Origin: an uncultured virus (IMG/VR IMGVR_UViG_3300031758_009617) | Taxonomy: Duplodnaviria; Heunggongvirae; Uroviricota; Caudoviricetes | IMG/VR virus record: IMGVR_UViG_3300031758_009617 | Length of the DNA: 64,000 nt | Direction: 5' to 3' (one strand) | Part shown: positions 17,381 through 26,665 of the stretch, one piece after another | Numbering within the stretch: the first letter of the stretch is position 1 | Layout: each line of letters opens with the position of its first letter | Position numbers and translations under genes: made by a program | Notes under the pieces: generated by a model | Databases searched by the model: none | What the model saw: only the letters and a program-made list of their open reading frames with translations | Told to the model about the DNA's origin: nothing

Positions 17381-18900
17381 AACGTTACCCGTGAGCCAAT
17401 CAGTAAGAAGTTTAGAGGTTTTTGTTTAGGTGTAATCATGACGCGATGTGCCGCTGTCACACCAAAGCGGCGTGACAATTTATAATCCCATCCACTACCC
17501 AACATCATGCTAACATCTGTGTTTGTTGTGAGTCCCGTCATGGAATTATATGCCACAGGACTACCCATTAAAAATACTTGAGGTGTGACTGTTACCCGAG
17601 GATTTATGATGATGGGTGGGTGCATCCAGAATGCCACTGCCGATGTTGCCCAACTTGTATTGTACCCGTGAGTTTCTACAACTAAACTATCAGGCATATA
17701 TGTTAATGGTACTTGATATTTATCAAAGAAGATACGACGAATTTCTGCACTGTCTGTAACGACATTACGTTGTCCATTGGGCATGAACAATCCAATGGCA
17801 CCTAAACTGACACCATATACACCATATCTAGGATTGGGTTTCACCCAAGTATACCCCGTCATTTGCATCAATGTACCTTTTAAATAGGCACTGGTACTAC
17901 CAAATGAGTGAATGGTACTGAGTTTTCCTTTTTTGAAACTCATCTTGGTATATGACAATGACAAGGCACCTTGGTCTAATGTAGACCACAACATAGTAGT
18001 GGCACCATAACTCTTGTCCCCTGCCAATGAGGATTGTGAAACACCCACAGTAATGATTTGTGACACACCGCCCGCGGGATCCTGTCCTGTTGTTAAGTCG
18101 GATGCCACCATAAGAGGATTGACCCGTGCCTCATTCTTTTTCTTTTCATCCTTTTTATCTTCTTTCTTTTCTTCTTTTTTCTCTTCGGATTTTTCTTCTG
18201 ATTTACTTTCCGATTTGCTTTCTTCGGATTTACTTTCCGACTTACTTTCCGAACTACTTTCTGACTTAGCTTCTGCTTTAGTTTCCGTTTTGGTTTCACC
18301 ACTTGAACTACTGGAACTGCTTGATGATGAACTACTTGACGAAGAACCACCTGATGATGAGCTACTAGGTGCCGGAGCGTCAGGCTTAGGTGCCGCCGGA
18401 GTTGGGGGTGGTGCTGTAGGTGCTGCTGAAGTTGCGGCACTTGATGCGGCGCCTGAGGCAGCAGAGCTAGCAGAGCTACTTGCCGCTCCTGATGCCGCAC
18501 TTGATGCCGCCGATGACGCTGCGCTGGATGCGGCACTCGAAGCCGCCGATGATGCCGCACTTGATGCTGCGGCACTTGCCGCTGCTGTAGCAGCCGCCGC
18601 AGCGGCTTGTGTTGCTGCCTGTGTGGCGGCTTGTTGCACAACAGGATTGTTTGTAACAGGACATGGAGTACTCATAATTAATTGATTAATCCATGTCATT
18701 AATTCACCAGCAGCTGCCTGCTGTGCCGTGAACACTTTTGCTTGATTTCGAAATACCACTGTTACGCCAACATTACCCAATGGGAACGTTGCAGTTTGTG
18801 CTACACCCGTACAAGGATCCATCCAAGTTTGTACAACAACTTGGGCATCAACTTTAGCGGGTAATAGGCATAACAATGCCACTAATAGAAATTTTTTCAT
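17377..18900 (-). CDS. Secreted protein with Ala/Ser and Ser/Glu/Lys low-complexity linker and probable C-terminal beta-barrel
   Basis: Signal peptide; SAAS repeats; amphipathic beta-strand C-terminal half. Confidence 0.7.
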   Translation of the reverse strand: MKKFLLVALLCLLPAKVDAQVVVQTWMDPCTGVAQTATFPLGNVGVTVVFRNQAKVFTAQQAAAGELMTWINQLIMSTPCPVTNNPVVQQAATQAATQAAAAAATAAASAAASSAASSAASSAASSAASSAASSAASGAASSSASSAASGAASSAATSAAPTAPPPTPAAPKPDAPAPSSSSSGGSSSSSSSSSSSSSSSGETKTETKAEAKSESSSESKSESKSEESKSESKSEEKSEEKKEEKKEDKKDEKKKNEARVNPLMVASDLTTGQDPAGGVSQIITVGVSQSSLAGDKSYGATTMLWSTLDQGALSLSYTKMSFKKGKLSTIHSFGSTSAYLKGTLMQMTGYTWVKPNPRYGVYGVSLGAIGLFMPNGQRNVVTDSAEIRRIFFDKYQVPLTYMPDSLVVETHGYNTSWATSAVAFWMHPPIIINPRVTVTPQVFLMGSPVAYNSMTGLTTNTDVSMMLGSGWDYKLSRRFGVTAAHRVMITPKQKPLNFLLIGSRVTL

Positions 18901-19514
18901 TTTCTAATTTTCATCACACTATCCTTAGACACGATATGTGATGTAATGGATTGAGTTTTCACAGGAACATTTTCAAACACATAGGCGGTGACTTCTTTTG
19001 TGGCACGAACTTCCACAATTTTCCAGCAATGTGTGGGAACAGCAACACGTTTAATTTGTTGACGAACACCCACACATCCTGCTTGCACAAACACACTATC
19101 ATGTGTTAACGCTAATTTACGGATATGTTCTTCCAAGGCTTTCCATTGCCCACGATTCAATCCGGGATATTGAGGTGCCATATTTGTGAAATAGAAGCTC
19201 TCTGCCATGATGACAGGACCATTACATACATTGTCTGCGGCAGGAGATAAATGTCCTCTATCAAATCCTGACCCCACGTAATCGTCACTGATATCGCTAT
19301 CTACTGGGAGTGCGGGATCAGGGAGAAACTTATCGTTTCGTTTTACAGGATTTGTGCATTGAATTTTCTTTGTGGTCACCCACCATTCAACTAATACGGG
19401 ATACTTTTTGCTCTTGGAAAACACAGCGTCATAATTGCTATGCTTCACCCGAACCGTATCCTGTGCCTGTACGGGGAAGGTACAGGCACACAGCAACAAT
19501 AACAATTTTTTCAT
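18897..19514 (-). CDS. Secreted DNA/RNA non-specific endonuclease
   Basis: Signal peptide; DRGH, FYFTNMAPQ..LNRGQW. Confidence 0.92.
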   Translation of the reverse strand: MKKLLLLLCACTFPVQAQDTVRVKHSNYDAVFSKSKKYPVLVEWWVTTKKIQCTNPVKRNDKFLPDPALPVDSDISDDYVGSGFDRGHLSPAADNVCNGPVIMAESFYFTNMAPQYPGLNRGQWKALEEHIRKLALTHDSVFVQAGCVGVRQQIKRVAVPTHCWKIVEVRATKEVTAYVFENVPVKTQSITSHIVSKDSVMKIRK

Positions 19515-19515
19515 A

Positions 19516-19752
19516 TCAATCTCTTGGTGGATAAATGCCGACTAAGGCAATACAGTATTTCATATTTGCAGGTGCATCCATTTTCGGCAACGCAAATGTT
19601 TTCACCCCATCATAAGGACCAAATCGGTCACCTAATAAGGAATATAATGCTTGATACTGTTGTACTGGCAATCTACTGCCATCACATACATGCCAATCAG
19701 CTGGGCAATATGCAAATGGCAGTAATCGAATTTCACCTATAAACGGGTCCAT
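19516..19752 (-). CDS. Tail-collar domain protein
   Basis: FIGEIRL...CDG...YQALYSLLG...TFALP...YCIALVGIYP. Confidence 0.85.
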   Translation of the reverse strand: MDPFIGEIRLLPFAYCPADWHVCDGSRLPVQQYQALYSLLGDRFGPYDGVKTFALPKMDAPANMKYCIALVGIYPPRD

Positions 19753-19755
19753 AGT

Positions 19756-20523
19756 TCACTCACCTTTAAAGAGGCCTTTCTTAATCATACGAGTTAGAAT
19801 TTTCGCTGATGCATCTTCCAATGCCTTCTTGGTTGATGTACCGATGGTACTTTGATTGAACTTCACATCGCTAAAGTTATCATCATTCATCAGCGTTAAT
19901 TCACGCACCGTTGTGGCAGTTCCTAATCCTGAACCTGTGAAATATTCACCTGTTTCAGCGTCCACAAACTTTACTTGAAGACCTAGGCGCGTCACAACTT
20001 TGTTTTTAATACCATCCTTCAAATTCACAGTTTCATCTTCTGAGACTGAGAAATCATATACTTCGATATAGGCAAAATAACGTGCCAACTTAATCTTGCC
20101 TCGACCATCCAACTTGTTTTCAGTGATACCTGATTGTGATGCTTGGAACTGCTTCACCATACGATTCTTGATTTCTGTCTTATCTTCCGTGAAGGTGAAA
20201 CGATTTGTTTCTTCCAAGAATTCTACAACGATATTAGTAACGCCAAGTCCTACACGCTTGTCTTTCAATTCAGGATACATGGCATACACTTCTTCGCTGA
20301 TACCTAAACTTAATAATTGAATAGGAATCTTTGGACCATCATAGTCCATTAAAGCACTGATGTCTGTCTTTTTTTCGAAAGATGCACGATATTCTTCTGT
20401 TTTAGTTGATCCAACTACTTGGGCTGATACAATAACAGGGAATACTGCAATTGCTGTAATGATAATCGCTGCCCACATCAACAAACTAAAATTTTTTATA
20501 AAACTTTTAATTTCATTCATCAT
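19756..20523 (-). CDS. CsgG/HfaB-family protein
   Basis: Signal/TM; GLGVTNIV.EFL..TNRF, RLGLQVKFVDAETGE..TGSG pattern. Confidence 0.65.
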   Translation of the reverse strand: MMNEIKSFIKNFSLLMWAAIIITAIAVFPVIVSAQVVGSTKTEEYRASFEKKTDISALMDYDGPKIPIQLLSLGISEEVYAMYPELKDKRVGLGVTNIVVEFLEETNRFTFTEDKTEIKNRMVKQFQASQSGITENKLDGRGKIKLARYFAYIEVYDFSVSEDETVNLKDGIKNKVVTRLGLQVKFVDAETGEYFTGSGLGTATTVRELTLMNDDNFSDVKFNQSTIGTSTKKALEDASAKILTRMIKKGLFKGE

Positions 20524-20809
20524 GGGCGGATTCTACCTTCTTCACGGTTGAGGGAGAGAACTTTTCTAACCCAGCAATACCAAATGAGCCTAAGGTGATG
20601 TACATGAATGAGTTATACACAAATTCATGAATTTCCAACTTGATACCCCAGATACCTGTGATGATATCAGTGGCAGAATACAATGTCATGACAGCAAACG
20701 CCATGAAACCAATGATGGTCTTTTCATTGAAATGATTACTATCTTTAAAGATTTCAGCAAACTTACTGAAAATTGTTTGTTGTACTTTCTTGGCGTCCAT
20801 GTTATCCAC
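20513..20809 (-). CDS. Two-TM membrane protein (holin-like)
   Basis: Two hydrophobic helices; GSFGIAGLEKF. Confidence 0.6.
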   Translation of the reverse strand: MDNMDAKKVQQTIFSKFAEIFKDSNHFNEKTIIGFMAFAVMTLYSATDIITGIWGIKLEIHEFVYNSFMYITLGSFGIAGLEKFSPSTVKKVESAHDE

Positions 20810-21125
20810 CTAATGTATTTGAAAGTGATTGTCCATCTTCTTCATCCATCTTTTGTACTAACATCTTGTCCTTATCGGTGTCTGAGAACCAGTAGTCAAT
20901 AATCTTGCCGTAACTACCGATAAATGCACCCAACATAAGAAGAAGAATTTCCTTCCATTCTTGATCCAATACAGACTTACTTTCAATGGCCATGGCAATA
21001 CCAATGGCAATGAATAGAAATGTTGTTAATACGATGGCTGTGATGCCCCAACGACGGGACATGGTTTGATTGAGTAATTGACTAAACTTACTTTCTTGAT
21101 TAATTTCCTCAGAATTCATAATCAA
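20802..21125 (-). CDS. Two-TM membrane protein
   Basis: LLLMLGAFIGSYGKIIDYWF. Confidence 0.65.
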   Translation of the reverse strand: MIMNSEEINQESKFSQLLNQTMSRRWGITAIVLTTFLFIAIGIAMAIESKSVLDQEWKEILLLMLGAFIGSYGKIIDYWFSDTDKDKMLVQKMDEEDGQSLSNTLGG

Positions 21126-21413
21126 TTACCACTTAGGTTCAGCTTTTGCCCAGTCATCCTTCTTAGGTGCTGGCTTTGGTGCGGGTGCTGCAGCAGGAGC
21201 TGATGCGCCACCAGCTGATCCACCCTTTACTGTGTTGTTGTTTTCGAGGTTGAGATTGATGACAGGGGCTGCTGCTGCGGCAGGCGCAGGAGCGGCTGCT
21301 TCATCTCCACCCATAATGTTCTTACCGATAACGCCGGCAATGGCTGTTACAATGATAGTAACTAAACCAAGGATGGCATTCTTTAATCCACTTCCACCTG
21401 ATTCTTCTGACAT
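21126..21413 (-). CDS. Single-TM Ala/Pro-rich protein
   Basis: N-terminal TM, PA-rich tail. Confidence 0.65.
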   Translation of the reverse strand: MSEESGGSGLKNAILGLVTIIVTAIAGVIGKNIMGGDEAAAPAPAAAAAPVINLNLENNNTVKGGSAGGASAPAAAPAPKPAPKKDDWAKAEPKW

Positions 21414-21425
21414 GTGTTCTCCTAG

Positions 21426-21818
21426 TTAACGTTGAATAATAACGGCTACTTTCAATAACCGACCTGTGTTGTCCATAAGTATTAAATCATAGGCACCTAC
21501 GGGAATTGTAGAATAATCTAATGCAATACTCATGTTTGCTTGTGTTGCGGTAAAGCCATGATTATGAAGTACTGCCCCATTGATGTGTGTTAATTGAAAA
21601 CTATATGTTGCGCCTGGGGTGACATTTACTCCAATAGTAAACGGACCAGGTGTGACAGGACTGGATATTGAGGATATACTTAGTAAGGTTGAGGCAACCC
21701 CCAACGAAACCTCTGATCCTGTTTCCCCGCCGCCAACGACGACGGGGGTTGTTGGGAAATCAGTATGATTACATCCAACAGTTGCTACGAGTAATGAATA
21801 CGTGAGAATTTTTTTCAT
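21426..21818 (-). CDS. Lipoprotein with Ig-like C-terminus
   Basis: LLVATVGC lipobox; LDYSTIPVGAYDLIL resembles FlgD/T9SS-CTD Ig fold. Confidence 0.6.
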   Translation of the reverse strand: MKKILTYSLLVATVGCNHTDFPTTPVVVGGGETGSEVSLGVASTLLSISSISSPVTPGPFTIGVNVTPGATYSFQLTHINGAVLHNHGFTATQANMSIALDYSTIPVGAYDLILMDNTGRLLKVAVIIQR

Positions 21819-23530
21819 GGCTTTTTAAAGAAGTTGGCACCAATCAACTTGATGGTGGTGGTATTGAAATTGATTCCTACTTGCTTACCTTTATCGTCTG
21901 CGGCATCCATCGTGGGATGAATTTGTACAGTTGAATTTAAATCCACACCTGCTTGCACAGAACTGAATTCCAATTTAAAGGGAACCAACGCATTGCCTGA
22001 CATGAAATTTTTAAAATCACGGTCAAGTGCACCAAAACGAATCACACCCTTGTCATCATTCACGAAGGAAATCCAACTTGGAGTATTCACTTCTAACTTT
22101 TCAAATTTTACTTTTGTAGGATCATATTTTACTTCAAATTGTAATCCTGACAATTTCAAATTCTTGGTATCAACATTGAATGGGATACTGAGTGTATTGC
22201 CTGTGACAATAACATTGTTCAAGTTGACATCAATACTACTTGCGCCTGGGACAATGAACTTGCCCATTTTAAATGCGGCTGCCTGTTGTGCTGCCGCAGC
22301 GGGCGATGAATGTGACAAATTCACATCACCACGTAACACATATTTCAATGTCACGTTTTGATCCACAGTACTCGTTTGAAGTTGTGTGAAGGAAGGATTG
22401 GTAAATGTTCGCCATGAAACAAATCCTAGTGAGTCATAGGTTTCATCACGAATCGTGGGAATAGATACCATACATGTTCCTGTACATCCTGCTGGTGCTT
22501 TCAATAATGTATCCAACCCTGCCACTGCATTGAAGATGCGTTGCAAATCGCCACCATCAAATTCTCTGTTGTTGTTGGCGTCGGCGGCAAAATACTTGAT
22601 GCCACGGTCAATGTTTTGATTTTTAAATGTCTTGTCGAGATTTTGTGTAATCCATTCTTGCACGGCAGCGGTGTAATCGGATACCGTGACACTGGCGCGA
22701 CTTAATGCCGCGATACTATCCGCGGGTACCATCAAGCGCATTCTATACCACGTAGTTGGTTGTAATTGCTGACCAAAGCCAAAGTTTCCCGTACCGCCTA
22801 CTGCTGTATTGGCAGCTTCCGTGGGTTGTGTTGCGGTGTCTGTGACGGACAAACGCATCATGCCTTGTAATCCTGTTGATACATTGGTACCGTGACGTAC
22901 TGTGCCTGTTAATAGATTATTGGCGCCTGGGGCAAGTTGTATCCACACACCCTTGGCACCTGTGTTTTCTGTATTGGTCATGGTGCCGCCACCAGCATCA
23001 TACCCAATGGCAAAGTTCATGTAGATGGAATCGTAGGGGAAACCGGCAGCAACATTGGTGACACGGAAGCGCATTCTGATGTAACTGGCATGGGCAAGAT
23101 TTTGTGCACTTGCCACACTTACATGAATACGATTAATGGCATGGTGAGGAACTGTTGTAGAATTACATGTATATTGGGCATTCATGTAATTGTTCCACCC
23201 ATTATTAGAGGTGTTATTCGCAGTGCGATTGAAACGACAATTAGGATAATAATTGTTTGTGTAACTAAATGTTGCCGCGGCAGGAATACCTACATCTCGT
23301 TGCACATCAATCAATGATATGGCATTCATTTGATGTTGAAAATCAAAGAATACAGAACGAATGGTAGTTCCATTGGGATTCAACTTCACTTCAATGGCAA
23401 TGGTGTCATCTTTTGCGATAGCACCACCATTTACATCGGTTGTTATTACGTTACGTTCCCACCATAAGGCAGGCTGTGCCATGAGTGAGATGGGTGAAAG
23501 CAGTAATACTGCTGCTAAAAAGTGTCTCAT
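21815..23530 (-). CDS. Secreted protein with cohesin-like and dockerin-like segments
   Basis: Signal peptide; AADANNNREFDGGD Ca loop, GDVN; SGLQFEVKYDPTKVKF cohesin-like C-terminus. Confidence 0.6.
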   Translation of the reverse strand: MRHFLAAVLLLSPISLMAQPALWWERNVITTDVNGGAIAKDDTIAIEVKLNPNGTTIRSVFFDFQHQMNAISLIDVQRDVGIPAAATFSYTNNYYPNCRFNRTANNTSNNGWNNYMNAQYTCNSTTVPHHAINRIHVSVASAQNLAHASYIRMRFRVTNVAAGFPYDSIYMNFAIGYDAGGGTMTNTENTGAKGVWIQLAPGANNLLTGTVRHGTNVSTGLQGMMRLSVTDTATQPTEAANTAVGGTGNFGFGQQLQPTTWYRMRLMVPADSIAALSRASVTVSDYTAAVQEWITQNLDKTFKNQNIDRGIKYFAADANNNREFDGGDLQRIFNAVAGLDTLLKAPAGCTGTCMVSIPTIRDETYDSLGFVSWRTFTNPSFTQLQTSTVDQNVTLKYVLRGDVNLSHSSPAAAAQQAAAFKMGKFIVPGASSIDVNLNNVIVTGNTLSIPFNVDTKNLKLSGLQFEVKYDPTKVKFEKLEVNTPSWISFVNDDKGVIRFGALDRDFKNFMSGNALVPFKLEFSSVQAGVDLNSTVQIHPTMDAADDKGKQVGINFNTTTIKLIGANFFKKP

Positions 23531-23531
23531 A

Positions 23532-24014
23532 TTACTCCGTAAGTTTAGTGATGAGAGCAACGCTGGCCTTCTTCAAGGCATTACTCAAGCTCGTTTGATT
23601 GAACTTACCGCCATTATCAATGATGAGTGTTGACATGGAGATTTCCGCAGAACCTTCTTCTACGACAACTTCCTTTATCTTTTTTCCGTTTTGTGTCAAT
23701 ACACCTTTCATTCGTATAACGACTTCTTCACTATTCTTATGAAATACTGAGATGTTTTTCTTTGTGGTCAACACATCCAAATAGATGATGTCCACTTTCA
23801 CTTTCAATGGAGCATTAGGATTCAATCCATACTCCTTTTCCAACAATACTTCTTCTAGAATGTTTTTGACGCCAAACTCTAAATTTCTGTTGCCTGCAAT
23901 GGCGCCAATTTGTACTTTATTTTCCACTTTCTCAACAAAGATTTCCTTTTGTTGATTCACAGGTAATGTTACTAATAAACCAGACATAATGACACCCAAA
24001 AATGTAGGCATCAC
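23532..24014 (-). CDS. Exported protein, CsgG/LpoB-like alpha-beta fold (tentative)
   Basis: Hydrophobic N-terminus; ends SNALKKAS like the CsgG-like ORF. Confidence 0.5.
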   Translation of the reverse strand: MMPTFLGVIMSGLLVTLPVNQQKEIFVEKVENKVQIGAIAGNRNLEFGVKNILEEVLLEKEYGLNPNAPLKVKVDIIYLDVLTTKKNISVFHKNSEEVVIRMKGVLTQNGKKIKEVVVEEGSAEISMSTLIIDNGGKFNQTSLSNALKKASVALITKLTE

Positions 24015-24098
24015 GTTCTTCTCCTATAGGTACGGGAAACCCTGTGAGTTTAGTATTATATAAAAAACTACTCACAGGGTTCAATTTTACTACAGAAG

Positions 24099-24106
24099 TA
24101 TTTATA
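24099..24106 (-). promoter_or_regulatory. T4-type late promoter TATAAATA
   Basis: Exact motif upstream of 24014-16604 operon; same motif at 35885, 47492, 50461, 56118, 58510. Confidence 0.7.
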
Positions 24107-24117
24107 CCAAAAAACTC

Positions 24118-24591
24118 TTAGGGATACAGTAATTCCTTCAATCTATCAGCGGCAAATGATGCCGCGAAAGCATCAGGCTTCACTTTTGGTGTCATTTGAC
24201 ATACTCCACGAATATACCCAATGGCCTGTTGAATGACTACATTACTTGCATGTTCTTCATCTGGATTGATATCCAAGTGAATTTCAACATGTCTGTCAAC
24301 TAGGGCATCAACCAATTTCAGATATAATTCTGATACTTTATATACTTCATTCATGAGCCGTACAACAGGACGATCCTGTCTTTGGTCGTAATCATTTTCA
24401 GTCTGTACTTCACCGAAAATCTTACATCCATGACGCCCGCCGTGATGGACGACCACAGCCAATGTGTAGTCGGCCATCCAACGACCGTTTTTGTTGTAGC
24501 GTTCTGAGTCGGCTCCCAGATACACGCAGCTTTCAGGGGGTTGATTATTAATGTATTCAATAATATGTTCAATATCCATGGGCTTTCTCAT
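24118..24591 (-). CDS. RNase H-like YkuK-family protein
   Basis: YLGADS, RLMNEV, EIHLDIN, KPDAFAASFAAD. Confidence 0.8.
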   Translation of the reverse strand: MRKPMDIEHIIEYINNQPPESCVYLGADSERYNKNGRWMADYTLAVVVHHGGRHGCKIFGEVQTENDYDQRQDRPVVRLMNEVYKVSELYLKLVDALVDRHVEIHLDINPDEEHASNVVIQQAIGYIRGVCQMTPKVKPDAFAASFAADRLKELLYP

Positions 24592-24618
24592 AACTCCTCC
24601 TAAAAACTGCTGTAAATG

Positions 24619-25770
24619 TTATGGAACAATAACTACTTTTGCATTATCGGAAACTGTTCCAATTGATGCTGAAACGAATGTCGTTCCTGGGGCGATACCC
24701 AACAAAAGACCAATGTTAGAAACTCGTGCTGTTGCACTGTTAGTAGTAGTCCACTCAAACGGGCGACCATTCAATGCTGCTACACTTAGAGGAACACTAT
24801 CAGCATCAAATGCTGTGGCTGTGTATTGACGGGTAGCGCCCACCTTCAGGTCTGAACTATCAGGTGAAACAACAATGTAATCAATACCCACTTCCGTGAC
24901 ATTTACTACTAGTGTGCCGACTCGGTTCTCGACAACACAAGTAACAATGGTAGTGCCATAGGTGAGACCTGTAAGTACGCCTGTTGAAGAAATCGTGGCA
25001 ATGGACTCATCACTACTATGCCAACCAAATGTACGCTGCGCAGCAGTTAGTGCAGTACCTGAGCTGTTACGCAATTCAGCAACAAGTGTAGCGGGGCGAC
25101 CCACATGAGCAGGCTTAGGTAACGTGAGAAGTACACGGGCAACAGGGACTAGGGATACAGTAACGTTCAATGTACCTGTCTTTCCACCTGTAGTGGCTGT
25201 AATGGTAGTAGTACCCGCTGACAATGCCGTAATCAATCCAGTTGCAGATACAGAGGCAACGGTGGGCGTGCTTGATGTCCAGGTCGTGGTGAATGATGTG
25301 AGGGCATTGTTTCCACTGTCCCGTGCAACAGAAGTTGCCTGTAATGTCTGCCCAACGAAAAACGTGGGTGGGACAGTTGCGGTGACACTGACCGTGGCTA
25401 CTGTAGGATCAACTACGAATACGGGAACCGTTGTGACCTTACCTTCAACAGAGGCGACAATGCTTGCTGTGCCCTTGGTGACACCTGTAACAGTTGCCGT
25501 GGTTGCTCCTGCCGTGATTACATTAGCAGTAACAGTGGCAACAGAGGTGTTGTTTGATGCCCAGGTCACGGACTTGCCGGTCATGACAGAATCACGCTGA
25601 TCCTTCACAACTGCTGTCAATGTGACAGTACGTCCTGCCTCTACTTGGGAAGCGGTAGGCGTCACGACAATGGTTGTGACCTTAGGTTCAAATGCGGGCA
25701 CGGCGGTGACATTATCCTGACACGCCATGAGTGAAAGTGCTGCAACTGCTGTAAACAAAATACGCTTCAT
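24619..25770 (-). CDS. Lipoprotein with four tandem Ig-like (Big_2) domains
   Basis: LSLMAC lipobox; repeats of W.SS...VA.VS..G..T....GT..I. Confidence 0.88.
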   Translation of the reverse strand: MKRILFTAVAALSLMACQDNVTAVPAFEPKVTTIVVTPTASQVEAGRTVTLTAVVKDQRDSVMTGKSVTWASNNTSVATVTANVITAGATTATVTGVTKGTASIVASVEGKVTTVPVFVVDPTVATVSVTATVPPTFFVGQTLQATSVARDSGNNALTSFTTTWTSSTPTVASVSATGLITALSAGTTTITATTGGKTGTLNVTVSLVPVARVLLTLPKPAHVGRPATLVAELRNSSGTALTAAQRTFGWHSSDESIATISSTGVLTGLTYGTTIVTCVVENRVGTLVVNVTEVGIDYIVVSPDSSDLKVGATRQYTATAFDADSVPLSVAALNGRPFEWTTTNSATARVSNIGLLLGIAPGTTFVSASIGTVSDNAKVVIVP

Positions 25771-25847
25771 TATATACTCCTTTAATATATGAGTTCTCGA
25801 TACAACAGAGTGTTATATCTTGTGTAACCGCCGAACCATGTTCAGCA

Positions 25848-25922
25848 AGGACGAGGCCGGATTCGAACCGGCGGCTTTAGAGTTTTGCAGACTCTTGCAT
25901 TGGGCCTCTCTGCCACTCGTCC
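25848..25922 (-). tRNA. tRNA-Cys(GCA)
   Basis: AGAGT-CTGCAAA-ACTCT arm; GTTCGAAT. Confidence 0.9.
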
Positions 25923-25925
25923 AAC

Positions 25926-26087
25926 TTAGTATTGTTTTGTATCTATGGCGTGTTGAATGTCTCCGCCTTGTAACTCGCTGACACCATTGCTGGTGCCAAC
26001 GGATCCAGAAATGACAAATGCAAATACAATGAACATGATTGTTGCTATTATTGCAATGATGTCAGGTAGTCTGTCTTTTTCTTTCAT
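25926..26087 (-). CDS. Small membrane protein
   Basis: AGGAG RBS, one TM. Confidence 0.55.
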   Translation of the reverse strand: MKEKDRLPDIIAIIATIMFIVFAFVISGSVGTSNGVSELQGGDIQHAIDTKQY

Positions 26088-26103
26088 GTTTTCTCCTTGT
26101 AAG

Positions 26104-26176
26104 TCGGGATGACTGGACTTGAACCAGCAACCCCTCGCTCCCAAAGCGAGTGCTCTGCCAATTGAGCTACATCCCG
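26104..26176 (-). tRNA. tRNA-Pro(TGG)
   Basis: CTCGC-TTTGGGA-GCGAG. Confidence 0.92.
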
Positions 26177-26188
26177 TATGATTGTAAT

Positions 26189-26371
26189 CTACTCGGTTTC
26201 TTCACTTTTGTCAAGTCTAAGAATCTTTTTTCCGGTAAATTTTTTATTATAACCAATAGTCATGTGATATTCGTAGTACCAATCACCACGAATATATCCT
26301 TCTAATTCTAATTTTAACAGAAACAGAGATAAACGCATTTCCTCTATTTCTTTGTCAGTTGTTTTTTTCAT
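26189..26371 (-). CDS. Hypothetical protein
   Basis: ORF between tRNAs. Confidence 0.4.
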   Translation of the reverse strand: MKKTTDKEIEEMRLSLFLLKLELEGYIRGDWYYEYHMTIGYNKKFTGKKILRLDKSEETE

Positions 26372-26372
26372 A

Positions 26373-26446
26373 TGCGCCTAAAAGGATTCGAACCTATAAC
26401 CTTCTGATCCGTAGTCAGATGCTCTATCCAGTTGAGCTATAAGCGC
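26373..26446 (-). tRNA. tRNA-Arg(ACG)
   Basis: TCTGA-CTACGGA-TCAGA. Confidence 0.9.
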
Positions 26447-26655
26447 CTAACAAGAATACATTCCGTAATTTCTTTTCCCAATGCATATCTACATCCTCGA
26501 ACATCCACAATCATTGTTGAATCTTGATTGCGTAAAGGACATATTGCACACCCCTCCATGATGCCCAATGAGTGTAATCGTTCAAGATATTCCACATTGG
26601 ATTCCAATCCTATAACTTCTAATTGTTCATTATTATTGGCATCAGATAATTTCAT
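26437..26655 (-). CDS. FeoA-domain protein
   Basis: RLHSLGIMEG...IVDVRGCRYALG. Confidence 0.8.
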   Translation of the reverse strand: MKLSDANNNEQLEVIGLESNVEYLERLHSLGIMEGCAICPLRNQDSTMIVDVRGCRYALGKEITECILVRRL

Positions 26656-26665
26656 ATAATCATAA

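Noticed and set aside
18014..18685. Plus-strand 223-aa ORF and 12-bp repeats
   Set aside because: Antisense shadow of the low-complexity linker in 17377-18900
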